Shown here in pieces: positions 14,901-26,900 of a DNA stretch of 64,000 nucleotides. Each line of letters starts with the position of its first letter. Position 1 is the first letter of the stretch. The stretch is taken from the NCBI RefSeq assembly GCF_018977255.1, contig NW_024704742.1, positions 106,640,001 through 106,704,000 of the forward strand, in the 5' to 3' direction. This stretch comes from Callorhinchus milii. Taxonomy: Eukaryota. Below the pieces are notes generated by a model. It was given only the letters and a program-made list of their open reading frames with translations, searched no databases and was not told the DNA's origin. The position numbers were made by a program, and so were the translations under genes.

Positions 14901-17900
14901 CTGAGACTATGACCCCTAGTTTTAGATTCTCCAACCAGGGGAAACAGTCTCACGGCATCTGCCCTGTCAAGACCCTTAAAAATTGTATAGGTTTCTATAA
15001 GATCACCTCTAATTCCTCTATATTCTAGAGAATATAGGCCTAGTTTTCTCAACCTATTCAACCTATTCTCATAGGTCAACCCCCTCATCCCAGGAACCAA
15101 CCTAGTAACCTACACTGCACCTTCTCTAAGACGAGTATGTCCTTTCTTAAATAAGGAGACCAAAACTGCACACAATATTCTAGGTGTAGTCTCACCAAGG
15201 CCTTATACAACAACAACAACAACAAGATTCCATTTATTGAGCACCTTTCACGTCGGGAAACTGCAGCAAGACTTCCCTACTCATACTCTAACCCTTTTGC
15301 AATGAACGCCCACATGGCATTAGCCTTCCTAGTTGCTTGCTGTACCTGCATAACTTTTTGTGACTGATGTACAAGGACACCCTCTGAACACTAACACTAC
15401 CTAGTCTCTCCCCCTCTAGAAAAGAATCCACTTTTATATTTTATTACCTAGGTGAATAACTTCACACTTCCCCACGTTATAATCCATCTGCCACCCTCTT
15501 GCTCACTCACCTAGCCTGTCTATATCCATTTGCATTCTTTGTGTATCATCCTCACAGCTTACTCTCCCACCTATCTTCGTATCATCCGCGAATTTAGATA
15601 TATTAAGTTCTATTTCCTCATCTAAATCATTGATATAGACTATAAATAATTGAGGCCCAAGCACTGATCCTTGTGGCACTCCACTAGTCACATCTTGCCA
15701 ATCTGAGAAGGACCCGTTTATCCCTACTCTCTGTTTTCTTCCTGTTAGCCACTCTCCAATCCAAGCTAATATATTGCCTTTAATTCCATGGGCTCTAATC
15801 TTATGCAACAGTCTTTTATGTGGCACCTTGTCGAATACCTTCTGGAAATCCAAATACACCACATGTACTGGTTCCCCCCTATCTAACCTGCTAGTTACAT
15901 CCTCAAAAAACTATAAGATTTGTTAAACATGATTTCCGGTGTATATATCGGTGTTACGTTTGCGACCTTCCAATCACTGGGAACTATTCCAGAATCCAGG
16001 GAATTTTGGAAGATCAAAAACAAAGCATCCACTATCTCTGCAGCCATCTCTTTTAAAACCCTAGGATGCAGACCATCAGGTCCAGGGGATTTATCGTTTT
16101 TTAATCCTATCAATTTCTCTAGCACTATTGCTTTACTGATGTTCATTTCTTTAAGTTCCTCATTCACATTAGCCTCCAGGTTCCCCTCTATTTTTGGTAA
16201 GTTTTCAGCATCTTCTAATGTGAAGACAAAAGCAAAATAATTGTTTAATGACTCTGCTATTTCTTTATTCCCCATTATAATTTCTCCTGTCTCTGCCTAA
16301 AATGGACCCCCATTCACTTTTGATAGTCTCTTCCTCTTCATGTACTTGTAGGAACTCTTACAATCTGTCTTTATGTTCCTCGCTAGTTTACCCTCATATT
16401 CCATTTTCTCCCTCTTAATCAGTTTCTTGGTTTTCCTTTGCTGATCTCTAAAGCCCTCTTAATCCTTAGGTTTACTTCCCTTTTTGACAGTATTATAAGT
16501 CTCTTCTTTTAATTTTATATTTTCCCTAGCTTCTTTCGTTGGCCAAGATTGAACCACTTTTCCTGTGGTTACCTTTTTATTTTTCAAGGGAATATGTGAT
16601 CACTGGGAATTAAGTATTATATTTTTAAATGGTTGCCATTGCTGCTCTACCGTCATATTTTTTAATCTAATTTTCCAGTCTATTTTAGCCAAATCTTCTC
16701 TCGTACCTGCAAAGTTGGCTTTATCTAGATTTAGGACCCTTGCTTCGGATTCAACTATATCACTCTCTAACTTAATGTTAAATTCCATCATGTTATGGTC
16801 ACTTTGCACTAGAGGAGCCTTAACTTCCAGATTGCTGATTAGCCCTATTTCATTACACAAAACAAGACCTAGGATAGTCTGTTCTCTGGTTGCTTCCTCA
16901 GCATTCTGATCTAGAAAACTATCTCTAATGCATTCTATAAACTCATCCTCTAATTTTCCTTTGCCAATTTGGTTTTCCCAGTCTATATGAAGATTGAAAT
17001 CACCCACTATTAGTTATTCCCCTTGCTACATGCTCCTCTAATTTCCTGATTAATACCCTTTGGGAGTCTATAAACTACTCTGACTAGTGTTTTCTGCCCC
17101 TTGTTGTTTCTTACCTCCACCCATACTGACTTTACATCCTGATTTTCTGATTTAAAATCCTTCCTCTCTACTGTTTTTATCTCATCGTTTATTAGCAGGG
17201 CCACCCCCCCCTCCTTGTTTCCCACATTGCCTATCTTTCCTATACTTCAAATACCCCGGAATGTTTAGCTCCCATCATTGGTCTCCCTGTAACCACGTCT
17301 CAGTAATACCCACTAGATCGCAACCATTTATGTCTGTTTGTGCACTTAATTTGTCTATCTTGTTACAAATGCTTTGTGCATTCAGATATAGCACCTTTAA
17401 TTTTGACCTCTTACTATTTCCCCTACTCATTAATGCCCTATTTCCTTTGTTGAGCTTTTTGTCCCTACTTGACACACTCTGTTCTTTATCTCCCAAGTTG
17501 CTACTCTCCTCTACAGCCATGACTGTTCCTTGCAATGCCGGGTTATATTTAACTGTAGCTGTAACCCTCCCTCACCCCCCACTTGATAGTTTAAAGCTCT
17601 GCCTATCTCCCTATTTAATCGTTTTGCCAGGACATTGGTCGGAGGTGGAGCCCATCTCGATGGAACAGTTCCTTTTTCTCTGAATACTGGTGCCGGTGGC
17701 CCATAAAATGAAACTCCTGCCTTCCACACCACTCTTTCAGCCAGGAAGGCAACAGAGCCTTCGTGACTCCTGGTTGCGGCTGCAGAGAAGAGTGTTTGTC
17801 TGTCTGACTGTCTCGTCCCCTATCACAACTACATTCTGTTTTGCTCCCTCCACTTGTGTGGCCTCCTGTATAGAGGTGCGAGGGTCAGTTTGCCTAACAG

Positions 17901-20900
17901 AAATGATGTAACAGAAGAACTTTTGATTCTGTTTGACATATCTGCCATGTTTCCATTCTACAGTTCGGGAGAGGACAGTGAAGATTGCCAAAGGAACCGG
18001 TGACTATCCCTGGGGATTCAGGATTCAGTTTTCAAAACCCATTCTCGTGACTGAAGTAGACACAAGTGAGTTTCGCAAAAACAGAGAGAGCTGGGAAAAC
18101 TCAGCAGGTCAGGCAGCATCTATGGAGAAAGGAAAGGAAAGAAACGAAGGGTCGTGGACCTGAAACATTGACTCACTTTCCTTTCTCCATGGATGCTGCC
18201 TGACCTGCTGAGTTTTCCCAGCTCTCTCTGTTTTTGTTTCAGATTCCAGCATCTGCAGTATTTTGTGTTTTGTTAGTGAGTGAGTTTCACAAGTTGCATT
18301 AGCCATATTTTTGCATGTATGAGACATCGTCATTATCAATCAGCAAAGCAATTTTACTGCTAAATTTAGCTAGGATTCATTATTTAGAAAGTGTAACTGA
18401 AAATGATTTTAAAGCGTTGTACAGTATTCTCATCCAAAGTCAACAATGATCTCCTCTCAGTTTTCAGTGAGGGCTCCCTGTGCTTCAATGTTCTCAACCA
18501 TCTTTGCCACATTTGACCACTCCTTCTTTCTTCAACTTCTTTCCTCCTTGCTTCACCTCTGCAATGTTTCATTTTCATGATTCCACTCCTCCTTGTGTCT
18601 TCACTGTGTCTCCTCAATTAACTTGGCAATGCCTCTGCTCAACTGGCTCCGGCCTCCTCCTTCTCCCCCAAACCCTCTGCCCCTCCATCAGCTGTAATGG
18701 TTTCAGCCACTACACCCCGAAACTGTGGAATTCTCTCCCTCAATCCCTTCACCTTGCCCCCTCTCTCCTTATTTTCAGGTCACGCTTGAAGACCTTCCTC
18801 TTCGACCATGCCTACCTTCACCCTCCCCCTGGCTCAGCATCAGGCTCCACCACTGTTAAGCTCTCCAAGACACCATCCGGTGTGAAGGGTGCTATATAAA
18901 TGCCAAGTTTGGTGGTGGTGTTGTTTTCTTCCTGACCTCACATGGTCACTTGCTGTGTTCCTCAAAGCTCCTTCCTTGGTCAGCCAGAATTGTGCCACAG
19001 AGTTATAGGTGCTGCATTGTGACCTGAGCTTACCATATAGTTAGGCTATTCTCCCATTTTTAATGTTTACCTGTGCTGTGAGCTGGTCACGTGGTTTGTG
19101 TCTTGGTTTCAGATGGTGGAGCCGATGAAGCAGGCCTGCATGTCGGTGATATTGTAATGGCTGTGAATGACACTAACGTGACCAGCATCCCGCACTCTGA
19201 GGCAGCAACACTGGCCCGTCAAGGTACGGTGAAAGGAGGCGACACAAACAGAGTGTGATCTGTACGGACACAAACAAAGGAATTTTCACTTCATCAATAA
19301 GGAGGAATTTGGTGCAAGCATGTAATCAGCAGTAATATGTTTACACATAACTGCTGACAATTGTCAAGAGATTATTGTCAGCAGTTATATGTAAACATAT
19401 TACTGCAGTTTACATGCTTGCACCAAATTCCTCCTTTTTGACAATGTGAAAATTCCGGGCTCGAATTTGCGGTATTCCTTAATAAGAAATCATATTAGAA
19501 TTCCTCTTAACTCTGCTCTTGGATATTAATATATTGTTTCTGCTTATTGGTGAATTCAAATGAATGGGCAGAAATATAAGATAACCAGTGGCAGATCTAA
19601 TAGAGAGTTTAGGAAGAACTAGTGACTATTCTCTGAACTGGCTCCAAGGTGACCTGCCTGGCAATGGAATGTCGGAATCGAGCCAATCCTCTGTGATGGT
19701 CTTGGTAGTCCGGTTCCTGAGTCAGATGGGTCTGCAGTATTCCAGGGCACTGCTGATGACAGCACAGCCAGTTTGGCTCATCGGCAGGGCCTGCAAGGGC
19801 AAACCAGTCACTGGGAGTAGGAGTCATCCTACTCAGCTTCTGTTAACCAAAGCCCTAAAATGTAGGGTGGTCCTAGCTGGACATGCAGCGGGAAAGCTTG
19901 CCAGTCAGCAATATCAATGGCAAGCGGTTATAGCTGGTTAGACTCCAGCAATACCCCAACGCACACTGAGGGGTGTTCAAACCTTGGCTCTTGCCAACTT
20001 GTGCCTGATACTTTCTGGAATTAGGTAAGCAGGATTTGTCCCTCCAGGGAGAGAGTGCACATTCCATTCCAACAATCTATCTCTGAGATTTCCATGTGAG
20101 GTGGGATGCATGGAATTATTAGTTTGGTTTGGGTCTTCATAAGCATGGTGAGAGATTTCCACATGTGTCAGACCAGCTCCAGCATGTGACCAAAAAAAAA
20201 GGAAGTACTTCTTTACACAGAGAATGGTGAGATTGTGGAACTCACTGCTGAAAACTGTGGTTGAAGTAGAAAGAATCAACATATTTAAGAGGAAACTTAT
20301 ATTTCAGAGAAGGGAATAGAGACGTACGGAAGAAGAGATTAGGAGGGGCGGAGAGTCATGTGATGTATAAATACCGGCATGGCCAAGTTGGTCTGAATGA
20401 CCTGTTTCTGTGTTGTAACATTTTATGTAATTCTATGCACTGGAAGTCGACTATGTTGGAGCAGAGTTAATTTGACTTCTTGACAGTTAAGATAAAACTT
20501 CCTCATTTGTACACGTCTTGAGGAATCCCATTCTGAATGACACAATTTAAACTCCATTTGTAACAACGGGATCAAATTTATGGTCTTTGTTAGAGGAATT
20601 CCACAATTAAGATATCTGAAAGGAAATGCCTTCCAGTAACCAGATGTATGCCCCATATGTTATGCATGACTCAAGGGAAGCTGTGCCAAAGCATCTTGTG
20701 TTGGAACTAATCTGTGACAGGTACTTCCCGATTTCTTAATTATGAATTATTACAAAATTCACCTCATCCAAACTATTCAAACTGCAACCTCACACCTTAA
20801 TATGATATACATTTTAAGACACCTTGAAGACGTGATAAGGTGCTATATCAAATGCAAGGATTATTATTATTATCCAAAGAAATGTGTGAGAAATATTCTC

Positions 20901-23900
20901 TCTGTCTGTTTTGAGAAGCATTCATTGTGGAAGTAGAGAATACACATCTGGAAAGCAGTGATAACAATTTTATATAGTATGCCAACCTAGCCAAACTTTG
21001 CACAGACAAAATCAAACTTAATACTATAAAATGGCATAAAGTATCATAACCTCTTCAGGTCACTTTAGCATATTTCTATTTGGTTTCATGATAGATTTTC
21101 AGAAACTGTGCTTTTGATCCCGAAGGCACTCACACATGTTTCAGCTTAGATCAAAGGTTGGTTTGAGGATTGTCTTTTGAAGAAATGAAATCAAAGGAGA
21201 AATAGAAAGTGATTTCTGTGTTCCTTTGGGATACCTCTGCTAGCCATTCTCTCCGATCAACACCTAATCCAAGAACTACATGAGCAGTGTCATTTACCAT
21301 TACAGACACATAATTTTATTGTCAAAGAAGATAAAATTATTGCCTTCCAATTGCTATTATTAGAATAATTAAATTTCATTTTGTATAAATATGTACTGTA
21401 AAATTACAATTGCCTATAATATTTAAGACGTAAAGACAGATGGGAGCTGGTGTCCGAAAACAAAACTCAGAATTATAGGTTCTCTGACCCACGCCTCGAT
21501 CATGTGCTCTATTCTGATAGATGTCAGAGCTCTACCTAGGTATTGAAGAACACAAGAGAAACTGGCAAACAAGCAGCCAGGCTGGCAGGCAGGCAGCCAG
21601 ACAGGCAGGCAGGCAGGCAGGCATTACAAATAATCTGACATGGAACGAGTTTCCTCTTAAATGCTTTCTACTTCAACCAATGAAGATGAATAAAGATTGT
21701 AGTTTGTCCAATAGTTAGAGGTTTTAAAAAAAACATGCAGGTTTATAGGGCAAAAGTAAGATTTTAACCTTTTCTAAAAGTCGTCTCGTAATACACTGGG
21801 CGCAATTTTCCTCCCATTACTCTATCAATGGAGAGGTGGGTGCTTCCAAGAGAGTGCAGCAGGTCCCAACGTCCTTAAAGCAGGTACTGTTCTTAAATAT
21901 GATCTAAATTTCACTACATAGTGTTACTATATGTTACAGGATGGGAAGGCAGATGTATTGTAAGGAGATATCCATAATTGTAATCCTCTGGACAAAATGA
22001 TGTTTTGTTTACTCCTCACTTTGAAAGGTTGCCTGTAAGAAAAGATGTGAACATTTATATAAATCAGTGTTGATGGGGCACTATCAATGTAATACTGTTA
22101 ACTGGTTAGATACTATTTCTAGGCCCGGATATTCTCACTCTTGTGGTGGGTTCAGATATCAGCCGGTGCCCAAACACCCCACGACCAGCTTGCCGCGGTT
22201 ACTTACACAAGAGGACCCAATCAGGATTCCTGAAAGGCTGGAGAAAAAGGTGGTTTGTTTTGAAACATGACGGCTACCTCTACTATTACAAGAACAAAAA
22301 GGTGAGAGAAATGTGTGTGACTTTCAAACATGAACTAATTTTGCGAACATTTCATAATTAATGTGAACGTAACAAAGGTAACATGAGGAATTATAGACAC
22401 GTACATTGAGTTGATAGGTTATTATTATTACTATTATAGGTTGCCAACAATTTCTCTCAGGAAGCTGGAGAGTTTCATAGGTCTATAAAATGTTTTAAAT
22501 GCCTGCCCTGCATCCTGTGCTCTGGTTTCTGTTGGGTGTATAGTGTCAGCATTTGCCAAGCTGAAACTGTGGCAAATAGTGAATCATTTGGAGAAAAATG
22601 AACAGTAAATTTAAATGAATAGAAGTGGCTGCCTTTTTATAGTATGGAAAGAATTTATTTTTCACTAAAAGCGGTGACTGGAAGTAAGTGAAACTGTACA
22701 TCTGGAACTATTTTATTAGTGTTTCTGCTCAAGTATATACCCAGAAATGCATTGTTTAACTCTGCAGCAGATTTTGGGCTCATCTCGAACATGCAATGTA
22801 TTGTTTAGCTTTTTTCTGGTCTGGTGAGTTTTAATATCCAGGCATCCTTTCATCGCAACCTCCTATTCACAAAATCAATAACATTCATAGGAAAAATGTT
22901 GAAGTGAAGCCTGCTTTTTTACACCCACTTACAGATTGAAAACAAAGTTAATTTCCCTTTTGATTTTTCAAAGAGATGAGCATGGAAAAAGTACATGTCA
23001 CTGCTGGCCCATTCACACATCTGTCCAGTACTCTGGAGGATGTCTAGTACCAGTTAAAAGGTGCCATGTGGAGTATGCTTCAAACAAGATTCCCACGAGG
23101 GATGGAGAGAGAATGGTGTAAGATGTTGTGATTAGCGACGGGCTGGATCAAGCCAACCTTTGTTCTATCACTGTCTTTTCAACAGCTCTGCTTCTGAATA
23201 GCGCAGAGAGCTCACCAAATACGTCAATATTACAAAGTTTAAATACCTTACAGAAAAAAATCATACACTGTTTATTGTCAACCGCCATGCCAGGCAACTT
23301 GTACCAACTTTTTTGTATACCAGCTTTGAGAAATGGTGACCAAAACCAGATTTGACAATCCAGGTGGCAATATTCTCTTCACGGTTCAGAAACACGTGAT
23401 AATTCAGAGTGATTGTGTCTCAGTCTGGAGGGCAGGTGGCTCAGATTCTGGGCAAGGGGAGGGGAGAGGGGAGGTGCGGATCAGATGGGGAGAGCGAGAG
23501 GATGGGAGAGAGGCGGAGGGAGGGGATGGGAGGGGGAGGGGAGGGGAAGTTGGAGCGGAGGGGAAGTTGGAGGGGAGGGGGTGTGGGAGACAGCTGGTTT
23601 TGAATGTTAACAGTTGTGGGTTTTAATTGAAAGAAGAAAAAGAAAAGGAGGGATTTTAATGATATTTTTTCAAATGAAAGTCTGAGCTTGTAAGGAAAAG
23701 ACCAAATCATGAGTGAGACAGGAGAGAGAGAAATAGAATGTTCTGGTGACTTTTGAGGCTACTAAAAGATTTTGGGGAGGGGGAAATCCAGTTCCCAATC
23801 AATAATCATGGGTCTACATAAAATTAGCCATTATATTAGGATCATTATGACCTTGTTATTTGTTTAGTTATTTGTGTAAGGAACCCTTTGCAATACTGTC

Positions 23901-26900
23901 AGCCTCGGCTATTTTTCTATACCCCAAGAACTGTGTACATATTGGCAGAAACAAAGTCAGCAGAGAAAACAAGGTGCAATTTTGGATACTGCTGGAATGT
24001 AATCAGTCAAAGCTGTATAGTTTATCAATATGAGGCACTGGTAAGCTTCTCATCACACCATCCTATCTAGTTCCAAGAGCATCACCTTGTAGGGTTATCA
24101 GGAGCTGAATGGGGATGAATCTAGTTCCCCAATAACATGTCTATCACTCTAGATGTCATTAGTGAGCCAAACAAACTGGTTAATCAACAACACTGCCCTG
24201 TGGTACTGGGAAACAGGCATTGGGGTGACCGAGTACATCACAAAATGTCAGAATAGGCTTAATGGCCCAAATACCATAATCTCACTCCTATACATTCCTA
24301 GATTGGTGCTCAAGATTCAGCAACTTATCTAGTTCCTGATCTTAATTGGGTCAACGTAGAGAAACTCTGGGTAGTGAGAATATATTTCCCTGAAGGGAGA
24401 GGAAAAACAGTGGAGAGTCATCCCAGGCCAGGCTATTGGCATCCCAGGCCAGGCTATTGGCATCCCAGGCCAGGCTATTGGCATCCCAGGCCAGGCTATT
24501 GGCATCCCAGGCCAGGCTATTGGCATCCCAGGCCAGGCTATTGGCATCCCAGGCCAGGCTATTGGCATCCCAGGCCAGGCTATTGGCATCCCAGGCCAGA
24601 CTATTGGCATCCCAGGCCAGGCTATTGGCATCCCAGGCCAGACTATTGGCATCCCAGGCCAGGCTATTGGCATCCCAGGCCAGGCTATTGGCATCCCAGG
24701 CCAGGCTATTGGCATCCCAGGCCAGGCTATTGGCATCCCAGGCCAGGCTATTGGCATCCCAGGCCAGGCTATTGGCATCCCAGGCCAGGCTATTGGCATC
24801 CCAGGCCAGACTATTGGCATCCCAGGCCAGGCTATTGTTGCATCAGAATATAGGAATGTACAGCACTGCAAAAACCATTGTGGGGAAAGCGTGAACAGCA
24901 ACATACAAAATAATGTGGCGTTCATGCCTTCACCAGTCAAACAACATGGTGTCATTGGATGGAGAGTTCTTGTCAACCACAACATGTGCAGCAATGAAAA
25001 GGAAAAGTCCCATTCTGAGACATCTTTTTTCAAGGCTGAAGATTAGTTAATGAATTAATTAATTAATCAAATGGTGGATCACTTTCTGGGAATAATAAAC
25101 AGTCACTACAGTTTACAAGATATATGAACAAGAAGAACAAAATTACATTCATAGAGCGCCTTTCACAGCGGGAGGATGTCCCAAGGCGCTGGATGTGCTT
25201 TGAGATGTCTCGAAGACGTGATAAGGTGCTAAATCAAATACAAGGATTATTATTATTTATTATTAAGAGTCTTATCTTATAAATCATAGTAATAACAACA
25301 ATAACAATCCTTGCATTTGATATAGCAGATTATCACATTGTTTAAATGTCTCAAAGTACTTCACAGGGTTTTACTGTAAAGTGTAGTGACTGTACAGTTG
25401 TAGGCAAACTCTATAATCTAATTGACCATGTCATCTTCCCCCTCCCCAACCCTTTGGCTCCCATCCTCAGCTCGGGAGCCAAGCTAGTGTTAAGCACTTT
25501 GAGAAATCCTCCTGACTTGAAAGGCATTATATAAATGTAAATTTGCATTGTATTTTATTGTAATAATTCCACATAGCACAACGCTCTAATACTTGAGATC
25601 AGCCCATTGCTCTCCTCTACACTGCTCCTTGCAGTCTGAGCAGCCCTGGAATCAGAAGTGTGTGCAAGACTCCAGTTTTCTATCTGCTATTAAAAAAGCT
25701 ATTAACCATCAACTTCCCTTGTCTCTTCTTGAAAATAGTTATCTTAGTGAAATAAGCGACAAAGCTGGATAAAAGTAAAGATTTGAGAAGCTAAATATAT
25801 CCATTTTGCTCATTGTGTTATTCGAGCAAAAACAGTCCTATTTTACATGTACCTTTATGTGTAGGATCCTATATAAGGGAAGGGTGTTATATAAATGCAA
25901 GTTGTTGTTGTTATAGGATGAAGGAAATTACAAACCGCTGGATGTAATAAAATTGGAAGGGGCTGAAGTAGGAGCTGACACCCGCCTGGGCAAACCGTTT
26001 GTCTTTAAATGCACCCCACAGTCAAGGCAAAGGATGTTTTACTTCTGTGCAATTTCAAATCAGGAAATGAAAAAGTAAGGCAATATTCCTGTTCTATATT
26101 GGATGTATGTAGAAAGCACCAGTGTATATCATGTACTTGCATCACTTCAATTATCCCTAATACCCACCTTTTCTTCAAATCTGCTTCTTTTGTTAACCAG
26201 CTGGCTGCTTTGCAAACTGTAATATTGCTCATATCCAGAACACTAAAACAAACTACAGTTAAATAGTGTGATGCTTAGTGTGCTGTGATGCAGTAACCCG
26301 TGCTCATGTACCACTGTAAATACCTAGAATTTGATTGTGTTTCGATTAAAACTAATTTTGTTGAACATGCCTTTGGTCAAAACCTTCACATTTGTGTTAT
26401 GTAAGTGCCAGTTGTTGTTAATTCTTTATTTTCTGTTTAAACTGGAAGCTTGTTAGCTATGTTTTATTGTCTTTACTTGTTTCAGGTGGCTAGAAGCTAT
26501 GGAGCAAGCAGTACACCCTGTACATCAGGTACATGACTAACGAATGGCAGCAGTAAAACAATACTAGTTTAAACTCGTATATGACCACCTGAGAGAATCA
26601 GCTGAGCAAGTAAAACCTTTTTTTTCCCATAACTTGTTCAGTCCTCTCCATGTTACTGTACGCAGAATAATTCTAACCAGTTTTCAAATGCGTTCGCCCA
26701 CAAATATACAGTCAATTCACTTTACAGTGTGTTCTGTGAAGCGATTTGGGACGTCCTCCCAACGTGAAAAGCGCTATATCAAATGCAAGGATTATTATTA
26801 TTATTAATGTGTGTCTATTATATCATTTTTTCTGGTTTCCTTAAAAACAGTTCTTTTTACTTTTACGATAAACTTATGTTGTTTCTCGCCATTCGGCATG

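Noticed and set aside
24419-24838. CRISPR array or repeat-protein gene (ORFs 24329..25033, 24374..24853, 24436..24894)
   Set aside because: Units are contiguous with no spacers, there are no cas genes, and the context is a vertebrate intron; the ORFs follow from a stop-free 21-nt unit
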